From NCBI GenBank assembly GCA_965262715.1, contig OZ253553.1:800001-864000 (forward strand): 64,000 nucleotides of DNA, given 5' to 3'. The notes under the pieces are model-generated. The model saw only the letters and a program-made list of their open reading frames with translations, was not told the DNA's origin and made no database searches. The position numbers were made by a program, and so were the translations under genes. This document shows positions 18,616 through 27,365 of this stretch, one piece after another (positions within the stretch are counted from its first letter, which is position 1; every line of letters begins with the position of its first letter). The DNA is from Bdellovibrionales bacterium. GTDB taxonomy: Bacteria > Bdellovibrionota > Bdellovibrionia > Bdellovibrionales > JAUICD01.

Positions 18616-19340
18616 AAAAATTTCCTCCTTTATAAAACCCGCCAGGGCTTGGGAGGAAATTTTTAAGGTGCAATAATTCAAATTATGGGTGCCGGACATT
18701 TTGATTCCGGGTACTGTTTGCCCGATTGCCAGATCCCGGAATAAAGAGGGTTTAAAGTGTCATGAACCTTAATATTTATACAATAATGCTAATGGATTTT
18801 ATAACTTTTGAGGGCTTTGTTGCACAAATATCAATTTTACTTTGTGTGCTAGAGATTTATATGCCTCCTTAAATCTTTCTAAAACAAAGCCATTTTTGAT
18901 GATAAAAACTTTTAAACTGTTTCATATTGATCCTGGATTCTGACAAACAGGCAATCGGACAACGGTTCCCGGGATCAGCTTGCCGGAATGCTTGACTCCC
19001 AGACCGTCAGAAGGGTGCATTTATATATATATATTGAGACATAGATAACAGTTTAAGATGATGCCTGATACTGATGCCAGTTTGCCCGACTGCCAGATCT
19101 CGGAATAATATGTACTGTACATTTTGAGACATTTTAATATCGAGTATTTAACCTATATTCTCTTTAAAGAAAGCTATAGATAAAGTTTAACTTTATCCCT
19201 CGAAATAACCGATAAATTAAGTACATTCATAATGTTTGTTCATATTAGATTAAACTATTTTTTGTTTAAGCGATGTGAACTGATTTTTTGATGTAAAATA
19301 TATGAATACTTATGAATTTAAATAAAGAGGAGTGTGATAT

Positions 19341-19559
19341 ATGACTATAGAAATGATAATCTTAATAGTCATTACAACATTTGTAGCATTTGGTCCTGAT
19401 GGTGAAAGTGGTATTTTTAAGACACCTTTAAATACTTTTAAAGAGGCAGGTTCTTATCTTGGAGGTCGAATTGAAAGGCAATTAGATACAGCTGCAGGGT
19501 TTCAAGAAAAAGCTCTTGATACTGCAAATCCGGGCAATCGGCTTAATTGGTCTAAATGA
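19341..19559 (+). CDS. Small pilin-like Tad-locus protein
   Basis: MTIEMIILIVITTF pilin-like N-terminus (E in hydrophobic helix); first gene of the tad cluster right of the island. Confidence 0.6.
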   Translation: MTIEMIILIVITTFVAFGPDGESGIFKTPLNTFKEAGSYLGGRIERQLDTAAGFQEKALDTANPGNRLNWSK

Positions 19560-19640
19560 AATGAAAGTAAGGAATATTAAGTTATTCATGGTTTTGGGTA
19601 AACTTATAAGATCTCATGAGTTTTATTTTATAGGATTATT

Positions 19641-20162
19641 ATGAATATGAATGAACTATTTATCTCTATATTACTTCCTTCTTTGATCCTGATTATAGGA
19701 GTTGTGGATGATATTTACTTTCGTAAATTTCATAATTGGTTATTTTTATCTCTTTTTGCATTTACTTTATGCTTTTCGATTTTCTTTAATGGATTTGATG
19801 GATTTGTAAAAGGAGCTTATGGACTCGCTCTTGTTTTTGCTCTTACCCTCCCTCTTGTTCTATTAGGCATTTTGGGAGGTGGAGATATGAAGTTACTAAT
19901 GGTTTTTGCTTTAGCCACAAATACACAAGCCGTTTTTAATGTTATTCTTATCTCTTTTTTATGGGGCGGTCTTATGGGCTTTATGTATGTTATTATCTCA
20001 GGTCAATTTACCGAGCTTTTATACAATTTAAAAGGATTGCTTTTTTATCAGATTAAACCTTTAAAGTCATCATTACATGTGATCCCATACACTGTTCCTC
20101 TGTGTTTGGCGTGGTTCACTTACCTTTCTCTAGAGTCTTATGGAGTGCAAATATGGTTTTAA
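19641..20162 (+). CDS. cpaA: Prepilin peptidase, A24 family (CpaA/TadV)
   Basis: Multi-TM; DD..RK..N and GGGDMKL motifs. Confidence 0.88.
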   Translation: MNMNELFISILLPSLILIIGVVDDIYFRKFHNWLFLSLFAFTLCFSIFFNGFDGFVKGAYGLALVFALTLPLVLLGILGGGDMKLLMVFALATNTQAVFNVILISFLWGGLMGFMYVIISGQFTELLYNLKGLLFYQIKPLKSSLHVIPYTVPLCLAWFTYLSLESYGVQIWF

Positions 20163-20221
20163 ATTTTATAAAACAATATTTTATGAATACATTATTATCT
20201 TTAAAGATAAAAAATTGTTTG

Positions 20222-20521
20222 ATGAAAAAAAATAACTACTACTCATTTTCAAATAAGAAAGGACAAGCTACAGTAGAGATGATTTTGTTATTATCTTTAT
20301 TTCTCCTTTTTTCAGCTACTATATCAACAGTTCTTAAAGATTCAGAAGTTGCAAAAACAATTATTGGCAAACCATGGAAGGTAGTCAGTGGAATGATAGA
20401 AAGTGGAACTTGGCAAGAAAACCCGGGTACCGATATACATCCTTTGCATCCTGCTGTGGATCCTGCTGTGGATTCTGCTGTGGATTCTGTAAAGAGGCGC
20501 TTATCTGTTGAGGGTGAGTGA
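20222..20521 (+). CDS. TadE-like pseudopilin
   Basis: NKKGQATVEMILL processing motif; likely start 20222 or 20183 rather than 20102. Confidence 0.75.
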   Translation: MKKNNYYSFSNKKGQATVEMILLLSLFLLFSATISTVLKDSEVAKTIIGKPWKVVSGMIESGTWQENPGTDIHPLHPAVDPAVDSAVDSVKRRLSVEGE

Positions 20522-20530
20522 GGTGATTCG

Positions 20531-21100
20531 ATGAAGTTTTTAAAAGATGAAAAAGGAGTTTTAGCTTTTGATTTTTTATTTGGATTAATGATTATGACAG
20601 GTTTTTTTATATTGGTCATCATGCTGAATTTTACACTCTCTGTTATAGAATCGATACAATATATAGCCTTTGCCACTTCTAGAACTTACTATGCAGCTGA
20701 TGAGAATGTTACTAAATCAGAAGAGGCTGCTGAAAAAAAGTACAATGATTTAAAAGAGGAAGGAATGTTAAAATCCTTACTTAGAGAAAAATGGTTTAAA
20801 ATGTCACCAAAACCGGTTTTTAAAAAAGATGGATCAACTAAGGGAGTACGTTTAGATGTTACAGCTAAGGTGTTGTCTTTTAATCTACCTTTTTTCTTAG
20901 GCAATACAGGAGAAGCTAATTCTTTTAAGACAAATGTGAACTCTTATATAGGAAGAGAGCCATCTATGCAGGATTGTATAGATTATAATGAAGTAATTAA
21001 GGATGAAATATTAAATCTTGATTCCTCATATCAGGATTCTACGATTTCTGGCCATATGAAGGCAGCACCTATAATGGCAGCAGGAGATAATGGATGTTAA
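20531..21100 (+). CDS. TadE/F-like pseudopilin
   Basis: DEKGVLAFDFLF plus hydrophobic helix, AFATSR, two C-terminal Cys; operonic. Confidence 0.7.
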   Translation: MKFLKDEKGVLAFDFLFGLMIMTGFFILVIMLNFTLSVIESIQYIAFATSRTYYAADENVTKSEEAAEKKYNDLKEEGMLKSLLREKWFKMSPKPVFKKDGSTKGVRLDVTAKVLSFNLPFFLGNTGEANSFKTNVNSYIGREPSMQDCIDYNEVIKDEILNLDSSYQDSTISGHMKAAPIMAAGDNGC

Positions 21101-21594
21101 AGACATGTATTTCAAAAAAATATTTTAAAAAGCAAAAAGGGATGGCCTCTATTGAGGCTGTGGTTTCTATTATACTTTACCTTGCATTGTTGAGTTTTAG
21201 CTTGGGATCTTTTGGTGTAGTCCACTCGGGGATTGTTAATTCTATTGCAGCACGTAATTATGCTTTTGATACCTTCAATAACCGAACATATCTTAAATAT
21301 CATAGAGATACCCTTTTTGGTGGTGGTCTTCACTCTCATAAGAAAAATGGATTTAGGTTGCACACTATTACATCAGAAACAAGTCCGCCAAATAATGAAG
21401 ATTTTATAGCTACAAAAAGATATATTGCTTTTGCAAAAGTACATAATGATAAAGAGAAAGGAAATAATAGTGATGAACATGAAAAAATGGTAGAAGATGC
21501 AAAAGATGGTGTCAATGAAGGTTATTCATTCAACCCTGTATGGGTCAAAGCAGCTTATGGCATTTGTTTAAATGCTAATTGTAAACCTGAATAG
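21094..21594 (+). CDS. TadE-like pseudopilin
   Basis: QKGMASIEAVV plus hydrophobic helix, AARNYAF. Confidence 0.75.
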   Translation: MLKTCISKKYFKKQKGMASIEAVVSIILYLALLSFSLGSFGVVHSGIVNSIAARNYAFDTFNNRTYLKYHRDTLFGGGLHSHKKNGFRLHTITSETSPPNNEDFIATKRYIAFAKVHNDKEKGNNSDEHEKMVEDAKDGVNEGYSFNPVWVKAAYGICLNANCKPE

Positions 21595-21608
21595 ATAAGG
21601 AGTACAAA

Positions 21609-22433
21609 ATGAACTCAAATCCAACAAGAACATTATTTTTATCTTTAGGTGCTGGTATTTTTGCGATGTTTCTTGTGTACAGTTATTCACAGGAGAAGAA
21701 AGCGGAATATGACAAAAAATATGGTACAACTAAACGTGTTGTAGTGGCCACAACAGAGATTGTAGAAATGCAAACTATAGATGATACAATGGTGGAATAC
21801 AAAGAAGTTCCTATTAGTTTTGTACAACCAGGAGTTGTCACCGACCCAGAAGAAGCGATCAATACTATTGCTGCTACAACTATTTTAAAGGGTGAACAAA
21901 TTCTAAAAACAAAACTCTTAGCCCCAGGGCCTATTACAGGTCTTTCTAGTCAAATTGCTCCTAATAAAAGAGCTGTTACTATTTCTGTGGATGATGTGAG
22001 AGGAGTGGCAAAGCTTTTAAGACCAGGTGATCGTGTTGATATACTGGCATCTTTAACCAGTGGTGATAGCAGAAACCGTAAGGTTGAGGTTAAAACTATT
22101 ATGCAAGATATTGTGATCTTAGCTACAGGCGTGAATATCACAAATAATCTTCCTCGTTCTCCAGAGTTGGAAAATGGAAATTTGATTGGTTTTAGAAATC
22201 TTAATGGAGATACCTCCTTTAGAACAGTGACTTTAGAAGTTAGCCCTAAACAGGCGCAAGATCTCGTGTTTTTGCAGGTGGCATCACCTGGAGGTATCTA
22301 CCTTATATTACGTAATGGGATTGATCGTCAAAACTCAAGGCCTCCAAAAAGTGATATGAATTCTTTATTGGGAAGAGTGGCTACGCAGGCTTATAAACGT
22401 CCACTTGAATCTTTAAAGAAAAGGAATAATTGA
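21609..22433 (+). CDS. cpaB: Flp pilus assembly protein CpaB
   Basis: N-terminal TM, SAF-like domain, RAVTISVD..RGVAKLLRPGDRVDI. Confidence 0.92.
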   Translation: MNSNPTRTLFLSLGAGIFAMFLVYSYSQEKKAEYDKKYGTTKRVVVATTEIVEMQTIDDTMVEYKEVPISFVQPGVVTDPEEAINTIAATTILKGEQILKTKLLAPGPITGLSSQIAPNKRAVTISVDDVRGVAKLLRPGDRVDILASLTSGDSRNRKVEVKTIMQDIVILATGVNITNNLPRSPELENGNLIGFRNLNGDTSFRTVTLEVSPKQAQDLVFLQVASPGGIYLILRNGIDRQNSRPPKSDMNSLLGRVATQAYKRPLESLKKRNN

Positions 22434-22439
22434 TTATTT

Positions 22440-24014
22440 ATGAAAAGCAAAACTATCATTCTTTTTTTACTTATCTGGGTATTTTCTATCGGAAATAATA
22501 CAGATTTTAAAACCTACCTCTCATCAAATTGGGTATCATTTAACTTTGCAAATGCTCAGCAGAATAATGAGCAAAAAAAAGATAGAAAATACATAAATCT
22601 TGTAGTAGGGCTTGATGAAAATATAAAAGTGCCTTCAATGCCAAGAGGATATAAACTTAAAGGAGATTTTAAAAGACTCACATCTGTAACATACGTCAAA
22701 AGTCTTGAAACTTTGCGTTTTTCACCAAAAAAAGTAGGTTCTGCTACTTTGACTATCGAAGATGCTAAAGGCCGTATTATTTCAGAACTTTTTCTGACTA
22801 TTAGAAATAGTGATCTTAACAAAGTGGCGAAGGAGATACAGCTACTTCTTTTTGAAATTGATGGTATCACAGTGAGAATCATTAACAATAAAGTGATTGT
22901 TGATGGACAGGTTTTACTTCCTAAGGAATTAGGCCGTATTTATTCTGTTGTTCAGCAATACGGGGATAAAGCATCTAACCTTGTAACTTTAAGCCCTATT
23001 GCTCAAAGAAAGATTGCAGAGTATATAGAAAGAGATATTAATAATCCACAAATCCATGTAAGAAATGTCAATGGTAAATTTCTTTTAGAGGGCATTGCAG
23101 ATATTGGTTCTACAGCAGAAAATGAAAGAGAAAGAGATCGTGCCGAGGCTATTGCCAAAGTTTACTTTCCTGATATAGAAGTTGTTAAAGGAGAAGGTAA
23201 AGTTATTAAGAGGATTTCATCTCAGCATGTTATTAACCTTATTAGAATACCTCCAGAAGAGCGACCAGCTGCTCAGAAAAAACCACAGGATAAGTTGGTT
23301 CAAATTATTGTTCATTTTGTTGAACTCAGTAAGGATTATGAAAAATTTTTTCGATTTGATTGGACTCCTCAAATTGGTGATAAAACAGGGTATGACTTTA
23401 AGACACAAGGTGGTAGTGGTTTAGGGGGAATTATTGGTTCTATTTCAGGAACTATTTCAAATCTTCTTCCTAAACTCAATTGGGCTAAACAACATGGTCA
23501 TGCCCGTGTCTTACATAGTGCCAGTGTCATGGTAAAAGATAAAAGTCCTGGTACAATCAATTCTACCTCAAAGATCCCTTTTGTGGGTATACAAAGTACT
23601 GGAAATGGTGGAGTAGTTCCTGGAAATCAATTTACAGAACCTGTTGGAATTGAGTCAGTTATTACTCCTAGAATCATAGGAGCTAACGATAATATTCAGC
23701 TAGAAGTGTCTTTTAAAGTTTCAACTCCTAGTTCAGGCTCACCTCCTACTATATCTACAAACTTAATAAAGACAGTTGTGATTGTGAGATCTCGTGAAAG
23801 TGCAGCTATTGGAGGTCTTGTTTCTCAAGTGAGTGCAACAGGTTATAATAAACAGCCTAGAAGCGGTGATAATCCGCTTATATCTCTTTTTGCATCAAAG
23901 GATTTTCGAAGAAGGCAAACACAGTTTGTTGTTTTTGTCACTCCTATCATCAAAGCTTCTGCCAGTTCTGGATCTGACCGTATCAAACATAAATTTCGCC
24001 TTTACAATAATTAG
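22440..24014 (+). CDS. cpaC: Tad secretin (CpaC/RcpA-like) with pilus-formation N domain and BON-like domain
   Basis: Follows cpaB; VQIIVHFVE, IGGLV, PLISLFASKDF, TQFVVFVTP secretin motifs. Confidence 0.85.
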   Translation: MKSKTIILFLLIWVFSIGNNTDFKTYLSSNWVSFNFANAQQNNEQKKDRKYINLVVGLDENIKVPSMPRGYKLKGDFKRLTSVTYVKSLETLRFSPKKVGSATLTIEDAKGRIISELFLTIRNSDLNKVAKEIQLLLFEIDGITVRIINNKVIVDGQVLLPKELGRIYSVVQQYGDKASNLVTLSPIAQRKIAEYIERDINNPQIHVRNVNGKFLLEGIADIGSTAENERERDRAEAIAKVYFPDIEVVKGEGKVIKRISSQHVINLIRIPPEERPAAQKKPQDKLVQIIVHFVELSKDYEKFFRFDWTPQIGDKTGYDFKTQGGSGLGGIIGSISGTISNLLPKLNWAKQHGHARVLHSASVMVKDKSPGTINSTSKIPFVGIQSTGNGGVVPGNQFTEPVGIESVITPRIIGANDNIQLEVSFKVSTPSSGSPPTISTNLIKTVVIVRSRESAAIGGLVSQVSATGYNKQPRSGDNPLISLFASKDFRRRQTQFVVFVTPIIKASASSGSDRIKHKFRLYNN

Positions 24015-24440
24015 AACCGGTCTCAAAAATAAAGATTTGATAAACATTTCCAGTGATTTATAACTTTATCTAACTACTTTCACTAAAATGCATCTGACCT
24101 CTCGAGGCGAGCCTCGAGAGGCTTGTCTTCTATTCATTTTGAGTAGAAGCAGGATGAAGGAAGTTTTCCTTAACATGATGTAAAAGAACGAAGAGATTCT
24201 CTCTACTTAAAATAAACGGATTTTTGAGGCAATCAGCATTTTCTTGAAGGCGAGAGCCTTCAGGCTGACTGGTAAACAACAATGATTTCCTTAACATTTT
24301 GTTAAACAACGAGGGTAGTCTCCCTCCTAAAAATAGACAAATTTTTTAGGCAATGATCATTTTACGAGGATGTTAGTCGTCGTGATCATTGCCAAAAAAC
24401 AGTCAGAGGCTGGTCTATTTTTAGGGAAATAGATATTAGA
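24012..24440. repeat. Cluster of dispersed hairpin repeats (family A), about 2.5 copies
   Basis: TTTCCTTAACAT...AAAATAAACGGATTTTTGAGGCAATCAGC... units at ~24164 and ~24286; CCTCTCGAGGCGAGCCTCGAGAGG palindrome. Confidence 0.8.
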
Positions 24441-24533
24441 AGCCATTTCTTTGGTTTTGCTTACTTTTTTAAGAGCTTGACAGGTCTGTAAAAATAAAGT
24501 TAAGTGAATTCAATTATTTACAAGGGTATCCTC

Positions 24534-25919
24534 ATGGCATCTGTAAAGACTGTTTTTGTTTGTCAAAATTGTGGAAGTCAAAGAAGTAAGTGGGAAGGTA
24601 GATGCACGGACTGTGGCCAGTGGAATACTTTTCATGAGGAAATTATTGATAAACAACCCTCAAAGCAAGGCATAGTGCTTGGAGGCAACACTTCTCAAAT
24701 TATAAAGTCTAGTCAAATACTTAAGGAAGTGGATATTGTTCGTTTTCCCTCTGGTTTTGCGGAACTAGATCGCGTTCTTGGGGGAGGTATAGTTCCTGGT
24801 AGCTTTGTTCTATTAGGAGGAGATCCTGGAATAGGAAAGTCCACATTACTGTTGCAAATGACAGGACATTGCGCAGCTAACAAACAAAAGGTTCTTTATA
24901 TTTCTGCTGAGGAGAGTGTTGGGCAATCTGCACTGAGAGCGCAGAGACTTGGCATCTTTGAAGATGATTTAGAGATCACCAGTGAAAGTAATTTAGATCA
25001 TATTATGACACTTGTTAAAAAGCGTCATCCTGTTTGTTTGATTATAGATTCTATACAGACAGTTTTTACACCTCACATACTTTCTGCCCCTGGTACAGTC
25101 TCTCAAGTGAGAGAATGCGCGGCTTCTTTGATGGGACTTGCTAAAAATGAGGGTATTGCTATTTTTTTAGTGGGTCATGTCACTAAAGAAGGGGAGCTTG
25201 CTGGTCCAAAAGTGTTAGAACATATAGTTGATACTGTATTGTCATTTGAAGGAGATAATAATTACCAATACCGACTATTAAGAACTCTTAAAAACAGATT
25301 TGGCGCAGCTCATGAACTTGGTGTTTTTGAGATGACATCTTCGGGATTACGTGATGTGCAAAACCCCTCAGAAATATTTCTGCAAGATCGCTTAGGAACA
25401 TCTATAGGTTCTGCAGTTATGGCTTCTGTCGAAGGAACACGTCCTGTTTTATGTGAAATACAAGCTCTTTCTGTTAGGTCTTATACGACTCTGCCGCGTA
25501 GAACTTCTTTGGGAATTGATGTCAATCGCTTATTTCTAATTCTTGCTATTTTAGATAAGTTTATGCATTATGATTTTTCCAGAAAAGATGTATTTGTTAA
25601 TGTCGTTGGAGGTTTAAGAATTAAAGAGACAGCTTCAGATTTAAGTGTTTGTGGAGCATTGATTTCATCAGAAATAGGTATTTCTTTGCTTTCCAAGTCT
25701 TGTTTTTTTGGAGAGGTGGGTTTAACAGGTGAAGTTCGAGGTGTAGCATTTGCTGATGTGCGTTTAAAGGAAGCGCAAAAATTAGGGTTTAAAGAATTTT
25801 ATTTACCAAAATCTAACTTAAAGCATATAGAAAAAGAAATAGTGAATAAAGCTAAAATACATGACTTAGATCATATCTCTCAATTAAAAGACTTATTAAC
25901 ATTTGAAAAACTTAAGTAA
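24534..25919 (+). CDS. radA: DNA repair protein RadA/Sms
   Basis: CxxC...CxxC Zn finger, GDPGIGKST, KNRFG, GEVGLTGEVR. Confidence 0.97.
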   Translation: MASVKTVFVCQNCGSQRSKWEGRCTDCGQWNTFHEEIIDKQPSKQGIVLGGNTSQIIKSSQILKEVDIVRFPSGFAELDRVLGGGIVPGSFVLLGGDPGIGKSTLLLQMTGHCAANKQKVLYISAEESVGQSALRAQRLGIFEDDLEITSESNLDHIMTLVKKRHPVCLIIDSIQTVFTPHILSAPGTVSQVRECAASLMGLAKNEGIAIFLVGHVTKEGELAGPKVLEHIVDTVLSFEGDNNYQYRLLRTLKNRFGAAHELGVFEMTSSGLRDVQNPSEIFLQDRLGTSIGSAVMASVEGTRPVLCEIQALSVRSYTTLPRRTSLGIDVNRLFLILAILDKFMHYDFSRKDVFVNVVGGLRIKETASDLSVCGALISSEIGISLLSKSCFFGEVGLTGEVRGVAFADVRLKEAQKLGFKEFYLPKSNLKHIEKEIVNKAKIHDLDHISQLKDLLTFEKLK

Positions 25920-25934
25920 AGGGAGACATTTTTA

Positions 25935-26498
25935 ATGGTAGATTTTTCTTTATATAAAAACCTTCCTAATTCCTTAACAATCATGCGTATTCTACTCACT
26001 CCGGTGATTGTTGTTTGTTTATATTTTGAAACAGGTTTTTGGAATAACATAGCTGTCTTCTTTTTTATCATGGCTTCTATCACAGATTACTTTGATGGTT
26101 ATTTAGCAAGAAGGTATCAACTCAAATCCACATTTGGACAACTGATAGATCCTGTAGCTGATAAAATCTTGATAAACAGTGTATTGATCATGTTAGTTGC
26201 ATTAGGACAGTTAGATGCTGCCATAGTTATTGTATTTATGATCAGGGATACTTTTGTGCAAGGAGTGCGCTCATGTGCTGCTGCTGAAAACTTGATCATT
26301 GAAGCTGTTGTTATTGGAAAATGGAAAACCTTATTTCAAATGATAGGATTAGTTGCAATCATTATAAATTTGCCATTTATTACGCTACCTCTTTACCAAA
26401 TAGGTTATGGTCTGCTTTGTCTTAGTGTTATCTTAAGTCTTATTTCAGGATATCAATATTGTTTTTGTTATTATAAGAATACATTTAAAAAAAACTAG
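25935..26498 (+). CDS. pgsA: CDP-diacylglycerol--glycerol-3-phosphate 3-phosphatidyltransferase
   Basis: LPNSLT.MRI, TDYFDGYLARR, FGQLIDPVADK, GKWKT. Confidence 0.93.
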   Translation: MVDFSLYKNLPNSLTIMRILLTPVIVVCLYFETGFWNNIAVFFFIMASITDYFDGYLARRYQLKSTFGQLIDPVADKILINSVLIMLVALGQLDAAIVIVFMIRDTFVQGVRSCAAAENLIIEAVVIGKWKTLFQMIGLVAIIINLPFITLPLYQIGYGLLCLSVILSLISGYQYCFCYYKNTFKKN

Positions 26499-26645
26499 AA
26501 GCGGTCTCAAAAATAAAATATTTGCATTTTACAATATCTCTATTCCGGGATATGGCAGTCCGGCAAACAGGCAATCACTTCCCGTCAAACTGTTTCACGG
26601 ATTGCCCGACTGCCAGATTTCCGGAATATTTGTACATATTGAGGT
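26496..26645. repeat. REP-like palindromic repeat (family B) with TAGAAGCGGTCTCAAAA terminus
   Basis: TTCCGGGATATGGCAGTCCGGCAA...TTGCCCGACTGCCAGATTTCCGGAA; related copies near 18705, 18932, 19075, 34235, 52395. Confidence 0.75.
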
Positions 26646-26651
26646 AACAGC

Positions 26652-26927
26652 TTATTTTTTAAGATATGATTCAAAGGGAATATGAGGGTCTTTTTGATTC
26701 CATACAGATGGACTTGATTGTAAAATAGATCTGAAAAGAAATCGGATATCTGTCCATTTATCGTTTAGAATTAGAGATAGAGGAACATGTACAACTCTTC
26801 TATCTTGAATAAAATGTAGATGTTGATCTTTTGCGATAACTTTGAATTTATCTAACTGAAAAGCATCTAAGATATTGCAGGCCATTTGTTTTTGCTGCTC
26901 TGTCATTTGGCTATCTAAACTGTTCAT
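26652..26927 (-). CDS. Hypothetical protein
   Basis: 91-aa ORF with AAGAGG RBS between two repeat blocks. Confidence 0.6.
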   Translation of the reverse strand: MNSLDSQMTEQQKQMACNILDAFQLDKFKVIAKDQHLHFIQDRRVVHVPLSLILNDKWTDIRFLFRSILQSSPSVWNQKDPHIPFESYLKK

Positions 26928-27009
26928 TTAAAAAAACCTCTTACTTGTTTGAAAATTATGTCAATGATATTTTCTTATCATAGTATCACCTTATTAACAA
27001 CTAGTTTAC

Positions 27010-27364
27010 TAGAAGCCATCTCAAAAATAAAGTTTTATATCACCCGTTCAGAAATAAAAGCATTTCCCTTAACATTGCGTAAAAAAATGAAAGATATCTA
27101 CCCTACTCAAAATAAACGGATTTTTGAGGTAGTCAGCATTTTACTGACAGGAATACATCCCATAGGAATAGATCCCGTAGGGATACATCCCGTAGTGTGA
27201 ATGGTCAGGCTGGTTACCCAAAAACAACCAAAGTTTCACCTCGGGAGGTTCACCTCGGGAGGTTCACCTCGAGAGGCTAGCCTCGAGAGGCCAGTTCATT
27301 TTTAGAGAAACAGGTTGTTTTGAAAAAAACATGGACATTAGAATTAATTTTGAAATGAGTTCTA
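27010..27364. repeat. MITE-like element containing a family A hairpin with expanded internal motifs
   Basis: Imperfect terminal IR TAGAAGCCATCTCAAAAATAA / rc TAGAACTCATTTCAAAATTAA; 3x GGATACATCCCGTAG-like and 4x CCTCGRGAGG. Confidence 0.75.
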
Positions 27365-27365
27365 T

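Larger units (their letters stand above)
6127..18768 (+). mobile_element. IS1595-derived element (12.6 kb) with nested IS3, IS1634 and defence cargo
   Basis: Perfect 18-bp IR GGTTCATGACACTTTAAA (6127-6144) / TTTAAAGTGTCATGAACC (18751-18768); 8-bp direct repeat TTAATATT at 6119-6126 and 18769-18776; left end homologous to the IS1595 end at 15324. Confidence 0.8.

Noticed and set aside
24164..24430. Family A bulged-A hairpin as group II intron domains V/VI or integron attC sites
   Set aside because: No domain V consensus and no RT; no RYYYAAC/GTTRRRY core or integrase, and copies flank housekeeping genes rather than cassettes
27150..27292. Short regularly spaced repeats as a mini-CRISPR (also 36210-36355)
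   Set aside because: Units are 13-17 bp and directly abutting, with no spacers; they are internal expansions of the hairpin repeat
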